In this document: positions 1 through 12,034 of the stretch, in pieces | How the letters are laid out: each line of letters starts with the position of its first letter | How positions within the stretch are numbered: position 1 is the stretch's first letter | NCBI GenBank assembly: GCA_965645245.1 | Contig: OZ287068.1 | Span: 1,488,001-1,552,000 of the forward strand | Length of the DNA stretch: 64,000 nucleotides | Source of the DNA: Massalongia carnosa | Lineage: Eukaryota | Direction of reading: 5' to 3' | Made by a program: the position numbers and the translations under genes | The notes under the pieces: model-generated | What the model was told of the DNA's origin: nothing | The model's database searches: none | What the model saw: only the letters and a program-made list of their open reading frames with translations

Positions 1-225
1 GGCTCTTACCAAAGTGGTTAGGCAGTCAAAAGCGCATAGAAAGATGCTTATGACTAGAAGCATTAATAGTCACAAAAGATGGATGATGATCATGAAGGAA
101 TTGCTGAAAAAAACCCCGATGTATGTAGAATAGTTGATTTTTGGCTGTATGGCTGTATGGCTGGTCCTGGCTGTATGGCTGGCTAGCACTAAGCGAGTCG
201 ACCGAGCGAAAGTGTGGGGCACGAA
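1..225 (+). mobile_element. 3' end (transposase C-terminus + TIR) of a pogo/Fot1 DNA transposon, same family as 9069-11292; truncated by window edge
   Basis: 1-133 encodes ALTKVVRQSKAHRKMLM..KRWMMIMKELLKK, matching the C-terminus of ORF 9136..9585; TIR ...gctagcactaagcgagtcgaccgagcgaaagtgtggggcacgaa then TA (226-227) matches the TIRs at 9069 and 11292. Confidence 0.85.
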
Positions 226-275
226 TAGAAATTAAGCGAAATTTAGTTAGTCCCGTTGCCCAGTGAAATACGTTA

Positions 276-2113
276 GTGTCCGACACCTCAGTGACGCACT
301 TTTCCCATTTTACCTACCACTCTTCACCACGTAATCACTCCACCACATCATGTCTAGTTTATCTTTCAGTAAGGAGAATCGAATTCTTGAAGCTATTGAC
401 GCGTGGGACACGGGTGATTTTCGAAGTGTGCGCGCGGTAGCTTTGGAGTACGACGTGGACATTCGTACTCTACAGAGAAGACTTAATGGAGGTGGTTCGA
501 AAATCGGTCGTTCTGCCCCCAACAAAGCTTTGTCTGATGAACAAGAATTAGCTCTTTGTGAATATATTAAAATGCTCGATCAAGCCGAACAATCTGCCAG
601 ACTTCCAATGATTCGGGCGGCAGCAAATTATCTACTTCAAGAGGCTCATTCAGACGTTTTCACTCCTTCTCCTCACGTCAGCAATGCCTGGACCAAACGT
701 TTTCTGACTCGACATCCTCAATTCTTCAAACGCAAACAAAAACCACTAGCCGTCGAGCGAAAACATGCGCACAACGTCGATGATATATTGGAATATTTCG
801 AGACATATCGGGCTGCTCGCGAGGCTCTTGGAGTAGCGGATGAGGATATTTGGAACATGGACGAGACAGGCTTTCGAATTGGCTGTGGGCGAGCTCATTG
901 GGTTGTTTCAACTCATTCTAGAAAGTCTTTGCTGTTGACGGACTCGGACAATAGAGAATATATCACCTCGTGTGAATGTATTAGTGCAGGGGGGCGTGAT
1001 ATCCCCCCCATGATCATAATCGCTGGTGCATGGGTGCTGGAGAAATGGGCCTAACACAATGACTTGGATGATGATATTCACCTGACCACCAGTCCTACCG
1101 GCTATTCCAATGATGATTTAGCTCTCGATTGGTTGAAAATTTTCGACATACATAGTCGAAAGGGGCTGGTAGGTGCATGGCGCATGCTCATCATGGATGG
1201 ATATGGATCTCATATGACATTCGAGTTTTTTACCTATGCCAAACGAAACAAAATCGAATTGTTTCGTCTTCCACCTCATTCCACACATCTCACTCAGCCA
1301 TTGGATGTAGGATGTTTTCAGCCTTTCAAACATTATCATTCCGAAGCCATTGATCAACTGATGCCGGGTGGAGGGTCTGATTTCGATAAACTCGACTTTC
1401 TGTCGATTTTTCAGAACATGCGAAATCAAACATTCACGTCAACTACCATACTAGCTTCATTCAGAAACACGGGTCTGGTGCCTTATAATCCAGAAGTGGT
1501 ACTCCGCAAAGTGGAGGCTATTCAGACCCGTAGGCCTGCTACCCCGCCCCCACTTCCATCAGCTCCATTGCTCGCCAGAACACCTTCCACATCCAAAGAA
1601 GTTGTTTAATATGAAAATAAGCTTCCGGAAAGCCTGAAGAAGTACATTGTTTTGAATGCCGAGTGGGACTGTCCTGTGGAACGATTTGTGAAAGGCTCCA
1701 TCTCCAGTGCTCATGCACGTCAGATTTCAGAGCGAGACCTTCGGGCCAATCAGATGCTGTCCATCGCGAAGACAGCACGACGAAAACTTGATGGAAAGGT
1801 GACCCAGAAGGGAGGAGTCATAACCGTTCGAGATGTACGGGCGAAGGTTACAAAATGCACTCAGAATGAGGTGGAAAAGACCAAGCAGGCCCATGAACGT
1901 GCCGTACTAGCTGCTGAAAAGAAGCAATTAGCCCTGGATCGAAAGTATAGAGCAATCGCTCGATCTATGTCCAGGCAAGCAAAGCTGTTTTACCAGCGTC
2001 ATAGTCAATTAAATTCTACATAACCACTGTTGTCCACAAATTATATGTAAGATAGTAGGTAAAATGGGAAAAGTGCGTCACTGAGCTGTATGCGTCACTG
2101 AGGTGTCGGACAC
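276..2113 (+). mobile_element. pogo/Fot1-family DNA transposon, full length
   Basis: TIRs GTGTCCGACACCTCAGTGACGCA at 276 and its reverse complement ending 2113; TA on both sides (274-275, 2114-2115); internal transposase. Confidence 0.95.
350..2023 (+). pseudogene. pogo/Fot1 transposase (HTH-psq, CENP-B HTH, DDE_1) with two in-frame stops
   Basis: ORFs 350..1054, 1064..1609, 1652..2023 are one frame; motifs WNMDETGF, LIMDGYGSH, LPPHSTHLTQPLDVGCF; TAA at 1052 and 1607. Confidence 0.9.
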
Positions 2114-2386
2114 TAGTAGGCGACTCGCTTCGATTACTAGTTTCTTGACACGATTAGATGATCGAGTAGGAGACACCTGTGATAGACACCGGCGGTTGCG
2201 TTTGTTGGGTTGCTTTCATCAGTTTCGTATTATCGAGTCTCACTGCTGGTACAACCATGAGCCATCAAGTTGGTTTCCAAAGGGGCACACACAACTCCTA
2301 TGAAACTTTGTTTTTTAACTAAGCACGCTAAGGTATCAATGTCTCTAGGGCTGAATTTGATGTCTTGGCATTCGCAGGGCAACTCT

Positions 2387-4088
2387 GGGAGGATGACACA
2401 AAAAGTCCTTGGATGCGCTAAGAATGGCACTAAGGATTTAGCGCTGCATCAATGCCCCTTTTCCATATTTGATTTATCATCTTTATTTTTCACATCAACC
2501 TCATTTTCAAACGATATAATGCATTAAAAATCAGGTCTATATGCAGACTTATGACATGATCAGTCTACATTACTGCTGTCAGATATAATGTCTTTGCGAT
2601 AGCGAATGCGACGATCTTCGGAATTATATGGCCGAATCACACCATTGTCTCGACCCTCTCGATACTCGTTTCCTCCATTCAAAGCGATGACTTCTTCTAT
2701 ATGTCATGGAATTCGTTCTATCCATTGCAGAATTAATTTTGTTTCAGAGTTTTTGTCCAGCACCGAGTCCATGCTTTGATAGCCGTAATGCGATTTCGAG
2801 GTGCTCCTTTTCGTGTGGTATGCCTTTTCATCTAAGGCCAACATTGCTCGATCATCTTCAAATCAGGAGAATTACCCGGCCACAATAAAAGCAAGACTTC
2901 TGCATCCATAAAGACGAGGTCTTGATGTTTGGAAGCATAACTAGGGGCCCTGTTCTCCTGCACAACAGTATCGGGACGATCTTTTATACAAGCTTTTGCA
3001 AACGGAAGAAGTTTAGGAAGAAGAATAGTTTTTTGATAATGATACCAGTCGATGCCCCCTTTGCCTTTTCGAGCCACTTTTCCATGCTTTTCATCCCATT
3101 TCCAGACCGGTTTTCGACCTCCTTTGGTACGCAGTCCCATTCGTTTCATGCCTATTTCCAATTCCCAATTTTCTTTCGCTAGAGGCTCCAATGCCTCATT
3201 GATTTTGTCGATTTCTCCTTGAGCGGCACGTTTTTCTGCCGCTGTCTCCGGCTTCCATATATGAAAAGGACCTTTCTTTTCATACGAAAAACAACCCCAA
3301 AACATGAATTCGGAACATCCTTTCCATCTACGTCGAATGCACGTTTGAGCATATTTTTCTTTTGGAGTTCGCCACTGAAGTCTTCGTCCTTTTCGAGAGC
3401 CTAACACAACACTAGTTTCATCGCTCCATATGACATTCTTCCAGTCATCGAGAGTCCAATGACGATAACGCAAACAGAATTGCAATCGAGCCTCTTTCAT
3501 TGCTGAATCAAGGCCTGGTTTCATGGTAGATTTGCAGGGACGAAAGTTATTGCGTCGAAGAACATTGAGAATAGTTCTAGATGAGACTCCGTGCTCATAT
3601 CCCAAAACGGCTGAGGATTTTTCTCTACAATTTTGATCATGACGAACGTTGTCTAAAACGGCCTGTTCTACCTCAGACGTCACTTTAGGAAGACGTCCTG
3701 AACGACATGCATCTTCTACGTATTCTACCTTCAATATTCGCGAAACAGTGGGATCATATCCTCGATCTCGTGCCTTGCGTTTGAGATAGCTGATAGACTG
3801 AGTAGAGATTCCGATGACTGCTTGAACGACTTTGGCTGTTATGCCGTGTTCAATCAAGGATAATGCTTGTAACTTTTGACCGATGGTCAGACTATTGTTC
3901 TGAGTTCGTGATGTCATGATATGAAGCATATAAAATTTTACTTGATGATATTTGATAAATAAAAGATGCTGCACAGGTTAAAATATACAATATCTATAAA
4001 AACCCCTATTTAATTTTTAGCGTCCTTTCTGCATGACGCTAAAAATGCACTAATGCACGCTACCAAGGACTTTTTGTGTCATCCTCGG
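2387..4088 (-). mobile_element. Tc1-family DNA transposon (defective), relative of the 11426 and 29717 family
   Basis: TIR GAGGATGACACAAAAAGTCCTTGG at 2389 and reverse complement ending CTCGG|TA at 4088; left terminus degenerate; ORF 2832..3974 has WSDET and WPGNSPDLKMIE, second catalytic D changed to N, TAG at 2832. Confidence 0.9.
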
Positions 4089-4157
4089 TACTTGGCGCTA
4101 TTTATTTGTTGTTTACCATCTAATCTGTTTTAGTTCTTGAATTTTGGTCGGCTCCAA

Positions 4158-6050
4158 ATGAGGAGCTTCAGACCATCATCACCCTTTGGTCAAAGCTCTT
4201 CTTGGGTTTGTCACCTATGCATGCGTGCATCCTACTCTCGTACTCCGAGAAGTGGGAGATTTGCGACAAAGGCTACAAAGGCACGTTTTTTAAAAAGCCG
4301 TAAATCCACTATTCTTATGGGAGTAGTGAGTGGAACTCTTGCAGCAGGTGTGATAACTGGAACATATGATGATCTGAAGCATGGTTACGCTGCGGCTCGA
4401 AGAAGTGGGCGGGTGTTAGCTGCACTCGCCGTCTGCATAAACGAGTAGGTTTCGATCGATGGATTAAGAAGCATTTGGATTACCCATAGCTAAAAATTAT
4501 GTTGTAGCTATCGAAATACGCTAAGGAAAAAGTCAAAGCATGAAGAGGATTGGCCAACGATCTTGAAAGAATGTCATCGGCGCTGCTCTGAACGTACGTT
4601 GCGTGTACTTGAACAGAACGGTTCGATCTTCATCAAGCTTGGCCAACACTTGAGCAGCATGAACTATCTACTTCCACTTGAATGGACAGCAACTTTTATC
4701 CCGCTTCAAGATCAGTGCCCCATTTCATCATATGAATCAATTGAGGAAATGTTTATATCAGACACTGGGTTGTCGATTGCGGAACACTTTATTGAATTTG
4801 AGAAGAAACCCATCGGCGCTGCATCGCTTGCTCAAGTGCATCGAGCAAGGCTCAGAGAGACGGGACAAGAGGTGGCTGTCAAAGTGCAACATCCGTCGCT
4901 CAAGGAATGGGTGCCGCTTGACTTGGCTCTAACCAGGCTGACGTTTTCTACTTTGAAGAAATTTTTTCCTGAATACGACCTTGAGTGGCTTTCAAGCGAA
5001 ATGGAGTCTTCCCTTCCACAAGAATTGGATTTTGCTCTGGAGGGGAAGAATGCCATGCGAACGAAAGAATACTTTGGGATGTTACACGACATTCCTCTTG
5101 TAATACCAGAAGTGAATTGGGGGTTGAAACGGATACTAGTAATGGAATATATCTCCGGACATCGAACCGATGATCTTGCATTTATTGATGCGAATGAAAT
5201 CGACCGTGACGAGGTCTCTGCTACACTAGCTCGTATCTTTAATGAGATGATATTCGGTGATTGTGCATTGCATTGCGATCCACATGGTGGAAACATTGCA
5301 ATTAGAAAAAATACTTCAAGGCGAAGACCAAATTTTGAGATTGTCCTGTATGACCATGGTCTCTACAGAGAAATACCAAAGCAGTTACGGCGAGATTACG
5401 CAAAGCTATGGCTTGCGGTGATCAATGGAGATGAGAAGGGCATGCGAAAATATGCGTTCAATGTTGCTGGCATTACAGATGAGCAATTCCCTCTATTTGC
5501 CAGTGCTATTACCGGACGAGACTATAAGGCCGTGACGACATCTGTGGTGTCGATGAGGTCAGCGGAGGAAAAAGAAGTGATCTCAGGCGCCATGGGGGAT
5601 GGCATGTTACAGCAGGTGTGAGAGTCTATATCTACTTTCTTTCTGCAGCTAACATATCCAAGTTGGTCCAGCTTCTCGGCCAAGTACCTAGGATCATATT
5701 GCTTATTCTCAAAACTAATGACTTGAGTATGTCTATCATCACCGCTGAAGTGCGTGAACATATCAAACTAAACCCCTTAATTCGCAGCACGGAGCTTAGA
5801 TGAAAACCTACAAACTAGAGAAGGTCCTGTGCGAAACTTCATGATACTCGCCCGGTACTGCAGTAGAACGGTCTTCATGGAGCAATTAGAAATCATTGGC
5901 CAGCATGGGAACATATTATGGCCAAAGAATCTTCTTCGATTCCTTCGAGCTTGGAGCTCATATGTGACAGTTGATTTAAGACTTTCGCTGTACGAATACT
6001 ATATCTCACTCAGACGTTTAGTACACTTACCTGGGACATCAATATTCTAA
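4158..6050 (+). CDS. ABC1/UbiB atypical kinase (ADCK1/Mcp2-like, probably mitochondrial); exons approx 4158-4444, 4508-5615, 5663-5726, 5788-6050
   Basis: Motifs FIKLGQ, AASLAQVH, VAVKVQHP, LHCDPHGGN, LYDHGL; GT-AG introns with CTAAC-like branch sites join the ORFs in frame; basic N-terminal presequence. Confidence 0.92.
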
Positions 6051-6410
6051 TTTAAAATCTAATTCTTCAGACCATAATGCCGCTTCAGTTATCTTTAAGC
6101 GCGATCTGGGTGGGCGTAGCGTCACGATGAGCACACAGATACCTAAATTGACTGCAGAAGCTTGGTACAACCTCTGCGGACAGCCATAGCTTCCACAGCG
6201 AGCCAGCTGCAAGTTTGGTTGGTCATTCGAACAGGCTGGTGTGTTAAATCTCAGGGATTTTTTATGTATCCCATGGCTTACTTCCAATATGCCTGTTGGG
6301 GCCTCACCACAAGGAATTTTCTGTGGGCCACCTAAGGAGCGCACCAGAGGGAACTGGAGAGGACAACTAAGAGAGGTATCCTAAGATCCTTACTCCTGCG
6401 GCTCAACAAA

Positions 6411-7247
6411 TCACTCTTCTCTCCAGCTTGCATCATCTGTACTGATGACCACTTCCTGTACACTAAGCCTGTCGCTTACAATTTCCATTCCGTTAACAAG
6501 ATCATTTTCTGTAACCCTCTTATTGGCATCTGCGTCATCTTTGGCAATTCCCGCCCTGATATGTCTTCTCACCAGTCTCTGGCGAGCTATGTCAAAATCA
6601 ACATCTACGAACCACAGTTCATTCATCAATGCGGCCGACTCTTTCCATAATCCTTTATTCAGGCTCAGGTAATTACCCTCAAACACAACAACTCGGGCCG
6701 TGGGAGCTATCGGAATATCGCCTTCTACAGGATCTTTAATGGCATGATCAAAGGAGGGGGCATATAGAGTTGTGGTTTCGGGCCCAAGTTGCTCCCGGAG
6801 CTTTCGGACCAAGGCAAGAAACGCTTTATCGTTGAATGTAAAAGCTGCACCTCTTCTGGCATGCGCGTACGCCGGATCAGTCATGGCAGACAGCTCGGCG
6901 CGTGAGAGGTGATACCCATCCATTGGAACGATTACGGCGATGGGGCTGGATGGGCAATCTGGAGAGGTTATGGCGTGCAGGGCGTTGAGCCGCTGGACCA
7001 CCTGGCTGGCGAGAGTAGTCTTTCCTGTTATTTTATGAATATCGTACCTGGGCTATGGGCATCTAACATATATGAGGAAGACATACCTGATCCGGGAATC
7101 CCTGACACCGCTATCAAAAGCCGTTGGGAACTTGCTGTCTGATGGTGCATGGCTTGAAACCGGTCACAATCATCATCTCGAGCATGCATACTGCAAGCAA
7201 TTCTTACCCCAGGATTTTTGGACCAACCGTTCTACTTGTTCTTCCAT
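6411..7247 (-). CDS. Phosphoribulokinase/uridine kinase-family P-loop kinase (Yfh7-like), 3 exons
   Basis: Start MEEQVERLVQKSW; Walker A GIPGS|GKTT split by an intron; motifs PMDGYHL, RRGAAFTF, APSFDHAIKDP, FEGNYL. Confidence 0.9.
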
Positions 7248-7376
7248 CTTTTATGGATTTTTATGTTCAGGAAAAATTGATATGATGCCCAAGAAAGGAT
7301 AAAGCTAGCTAATGTCCACTAACCCGAAAGGGCTTAGCTGGCTCGCCAGAGCTAAACACGCCTAAAGTACGGAGTA

Positions 7377-8629
7377 CCGAGGCACGCGCGTGACAGAAAC
7401 AGGCGGACACCAAAATTTCCCCGCACCACCCACACCTTAGTTTTTTAATTTTTACATCGTACATACACACATTTATCAATTCTTTATAAGCAATGGAGCC
7501 TGTTCTAGAGTCACGAATCACTATAAATACTGAGCATACCACTCCTACCAAGGCGAAAGGGATTTTGCCTTCAAAGCGAGAGGTTTTCGAGTTTTTCGGC
7601 GTGGGACATACTCGAGGTTATGAAATACTCAACGATCAAGAAACTAATCGACGGCATGATCATACAAACAAATCGGAGACTCGTGGTCAGCCTCGCAAAT
7701 TGTCAAAGAAGCAGGTAGATCGTATGGATGAAATATTGCAAACCTGGCTTGGAGGGAAGATCACTGACCTGGAATCAACTGGGTGCAGCTGCTGAGACTT
7801 CCTCCGTCTCCTGGCGTACTATACAACGAGCGATGCATGAACGAAACTATCGTAAATGTCTCGCACGCACAAAAACCTACGTCCCGAAAGATTTGATGAT
7901 TGCACGAAAGGACTGGGCTTGGAACAAACGAAACACATACTCGTTGAATGATTGGAAAAGAGTTCGCTTTTCCGATGAAGTTCATTTCGGACGAGGACCT
8001 CAACGAAGACTACGCATCATTCGAAAACCTGGCGAGCGTACGTGTCAGGATTGCATTCAGGAACAACATGAGCCTGAAGAGAAGGACAAAAAACAGAAAC
8101 GATATCATTGTTGGGCTGCTGTGGGGTGGAACTTCAAATCAAAGCTGATTTTTTATGAGGTTCCCGGCAATTCGAATGGAAAGATGAGTCAGATGGTGTA
8201 TATTGACTTCGTTCTGGAACCGGTAGTAAAAACATGGCTCGAAACAGACCCGATTTTCGTGTTGGAAGAAGATGGCGATTCAGGACATGGATCGGGGAAG
8301 GACGAGCATGGGCTAAAATACTACTTCAACTGCCCTCGTTCTCCTGATCTCTCTCCTATCGAAAATTGCTGGCAGGTGCCCAAACAACGGGTAGGTCGTC
8401 AACCTCATTGGGATGATGACACCACAATAGCTGCAATTAAGGCGGGTTGGGTCAGTCTTTCTCAGGAAACGATCAATGAATGGATCGAACCAATGCCTAA
8501 AAGAATAGATGATGTTTTAGACATGAATGGCAAGATGACTAGATGGTAATTATTTTATAGATGGTAGTAAGTTCAAATTTGATGATATTCGCTTATTTTG
8601 GTGTCCGCCTGTTTCTGTCACGCGCGTGC
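7377..8629 (+). mobile_element. Tc1-family DNA transposon with frameshifted transposase (7493-8549)
   Basis: TIR (CCGAG)GCACGCGCGTGACAGAAACAGGCGGACACCAAAAT after TA 7375-7376, reverse complement ending 8629 (last ~5 bp missing); motifs RFSDEVHF, LEEDGDSGH, SPDLSPIENCW; frameshift near 7745. Confidence 0.9.
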
Positions 8630-9068
8630 GAGGCAATAATTTGACTCAGATCCAAGCCAAGTGTTCGTTCTTTCAACCACCTCCCCCACCTCCCCTATCC
8701 CCCTCCACCTACACCCTCCTCGCCACCTCGCCTCCTCCTCATCCCCCGTGTGCTCCTCGTGCCCCTCAGCGTGTTTATCGAGTGCAATGAGTAGAGAACC
8801 GAAACAAGGAAAAGATAAATCCGAGGAAGGGGCGTTTAGCTCCATGTTGATAAGGTAAGGCTGAAGAATGGAGAATCCAAAAAATGTGAATGAAAATTTC
8901 TGTGAAGTCCCGGAGCGGAAGATTCAAAGGATTTATTTGATGGAGATTAATAATTCCCTTGGGGGGGAGAATGTAGTGGCATAAAAAAGGAGCATAACCG
9001 TCGGCCTCGCTTAGCTGCCTCCATACGAGGTGTACCACCGTGCACCTCTAGTCGGGGAAAGCGGTGTA

Positions 9069-11292
9069 TCCGTGCCCCATACTTTCGCTCGGTCGGCCTC
9101 GCTTAGTGCTAGCCAGCCATACAACCAAAAATCAACTATTCTACATACATCGGGGTTTTTTTCAACAATCCCTTCATGATCACCATCCATCTTTTGTGAC
9201 TATTCATTCGCCTAGTCATGAGCATCTTTCTATGCGCTTTTGACTGTCTAGCCACCTTGGTGAGAGCCGTACAATAGCGCTTTTCCCGTGCGACCCCTCG
9301 TTCTTTCTCTTTCTCCTCCTCTACCTCCTCCCTGTCTCGAACCATTGAATGGGCCTCTCCAACAATAAGTACACCTCCGCGATGGAGAATCTTATTGGAC
9401 TCTCGTTTACGAGCTTTTCGAGCAGTCTGGGCCGCGGTTTGCTGTTCCCAGCGTTGTTCGAGAAGATCGCCTTTTCGTACTTCGGCCACAGCTCCTTTCA
9501 CAAATTTGCTGACCATTTGTACAAGATCACCAGAACAAGCCGGATGCATCATGATTCCTGTGGCTACCTCGGCCAACTGTCGCACGGTTCGAGGAGTTTT
9601 TTGTACTGATTGAGGTGCTATATTGAAGAAGGGTAGTCGTGCGTGCTAATGGAAGGTGGTGGTACGTGATGATAGATGGCGAACTGAGCAGTGAACATAC
9701 ACACACACAAACGTCTGAATGGACCTACGACTGCATAGACATGAAAAGAACTCGACGACTGAACGACTGAACGAATAGTTGATGCACGAAATGAACGTGT
9801 GTCGATGACTACGTGACACGACGATGATGATGACAGCGTAGGTGATAGAAGATGATGTCCGGAGATGATGAAGAAAACGCCAGCAAAAAACCCGTTTTAT
9901 CCCCACACAGGCCTGCCATGTCACCTGACCATAGATGACACATGTCGCCCCACCACAATATGAGACGGAGTTGGAGTTGGAGTTGATTCACGAGGACGAG
10001 GAAGAAGTTCTCGAACTTTATCGAGAACAATTTCCGGATTGTATGGAATCAAGCCCGTTTGTTTCCAGGTGGACTTTATTGTTGATGATTTAAACGCTCG
10101 CGATCGAAACGAGTTAAATGCAGCAAAAAATTCGACTTTGGAGAACGTTTTGTCTCCGTTCTGAATTACCTCATTGACGGCCTCGGAGTGCCAGTGTTTC
10201 AGAGGCTGAAACACACACACATCTAATGGCTGCAAGAGATATGTGGTATGAGAAGGTAATCGAATGGAACAATGTTTTTGATTTCACAATACTATAAATT
10301 CACGAGTATGATGCGACCCAAAACCGTCCATAATCAAAAGTCTCCAAGCCCCTTTCCGGATTTTTTCAGTGTGTTTATCAAAGTGTTTTATCTATTGCAA
10401 GCTCAACCAATCATTGGTACAACCCGAGTCAGACGTAGAGATGACAACATCATCATTCAGGTCATTTTTTACCCAGGGAGCGAGTATGTTAACGCCAGTC
10501 ACAGTTGGAAAAGGGGGAATATCCTGCCCGGCCCCATGGATACACTCCACCGCAGTCAGCGATTCTCGATTCGATGGATCAGCACTGTATGATCTTCGAG
10601 AGTTATCAGCAGTAATTATCCAATCATTTCGTGCCATGCCGATACGATAACCCGTTTCATCAAAATTCCACTGATCGTCCGAGATTATGCCATATTTGTT
10701 CACCACTTCTTGATATTTTTCGAAATGTGCCTTAAACAACTCCAAATCATGCGCATTTTTGCGATCAGCAGCTAGAGGCTTGCGTTTAACCTTATGAAGA
10801 TCCGGATGACGTTTCAACCATCTTTTGGTCCAATGCAAGCCGAGAGGAGGAGGAGACACTGAATCGGGAGCAGTTTGTCGAAGGATGGAGTTTGCAGCAC
10901 TTTTCACCATGTGCAAGCGGGCCGGTATGCCACAAGAGTCCAGTTTCAGAATATATAGACGTAGGGCCAGGTCCTGATCGGGTTTCAGACGTTGATTATG
11001 CAGTCCTCGTACTTTCGTTTTGGATGGAACTCCTTTGACTCGAGAACGAAGTCTTTCTCTAGGCACGTTAAATTCTCGCGCAATTGCACTTAGTTTGGCG
11101 TTCTTGCGCGAGTTCAAGGCGTCAATTGCCTTTGAAATACGATTCTCAATTATAGTATAAGATTCAGGCATGATGGTGGTGGATTATGAATTTTCAAAGG
11201 TGGTGGGTAAAAATTTGCAGGTTTTGGTTGTATGGCACGTATGGCTGGCTAGCACTAAGCGAGGCCGACCGAGCGAAAGTGTGGGGCACGGA
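9069..11292 (-). mobile_element. pogo/Fot1 DNA transposon; transposase pseudogene 9136-11171
   Basis: ~55-bp TIRs TCCGTGCCCCA(T/C)ACTTTCGCTCGGTCGGCCTCGCTTAGTGCTAGCCAGCCATAC; TA at 9067-9068 and 11293-11294; motifs WNFDETGY, QPLDVCVFQPLK; stop at 10392, frameshift, internal insertion. Confidence 0.93.
9644..9957. mobile_element. Probable solo LTR inserted in the pogo transposase
   Basis: 314-bp non-transposase segment with TG...CA ends interrupting the C-terminal region; flanks GTGCG / ATATG differ only by transitions (decayed 5-bp TSD?). Confidence 0.5.
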
Positions 11293-11662
11293 TACCACCT
11301 CTAGTCGGGGAAAGCGGTCTGCGTATTGTAGGCAAATAGTTTCAAATTCACCCATTTTACCACCTATTTTGCAGCTTTTTGCGACACTTCTCGACCGCAA
11401 CCTACGACCGTTAGTTGTTATTATACGAAGGATGACGCCGAAAGTCTTTGCTAACGCTAAATATGCAGCTAAAAAAGCCACTTTACATGGGTATATTTGC
11501 ATGGATAGATATTTATTAAATATCAATCCATCGAATAATCGCATGAAGCTATTCAGAATTATCACCATTATCATCTTTATCACTTGCAATCATCGCTGTC
11601 AGTGCTTTCTCGTTTGAGATGAGCGCGATGATATCGAACACGGCGATCTTCTTTACTATACG

Positions 11663-12022
11663 TGTCACGGTGCGAGGTCAGGTAGAAATTCAGATGGTGC
11701 AAACGTATTACTTGATTGTCTAGCTAGGTGGACAAGACGTTCGACAAGGAGGAAAGAAACAGAAAATCCAACGTGGGCGAGTATAAGACTGTGGCGAACG
11801 GAACTAGTCCCAGTCCAGCCGTTGATCCAATTTTCCCCAAGTCCCTGGCATGAAACTATCGCCATGACACTATTGACGGTCGGAACGCTTACCTTTGCCC
11901 TGACTGAACCGGATTAAGCTTAGTCCTTTCGGATCGGCTAGCCGGCTAGTGCTTCGTTCAAGCAGCTAAGGTTGAGGTTGATTCAATGAACTAACTGGCA
12001 GGTGCCCAGTCACTCCATGACA
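11663..12022 (-). repeat. 3' LTR (360 bp) of Gypsy element 1
   Basis: Direct repeat of 17150-17484 with an extra 26 bp (11863-11888). Confidence 0.97.
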
Positions 12023-12034
12023 CCAGCTCCCCTT

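Noticed and set aside
11186..11617. ORFs 11186..11617 and 11194..11589 (and 29600..29908)
   Set aside because: They span junctions of unrelated element ends; chance open frames
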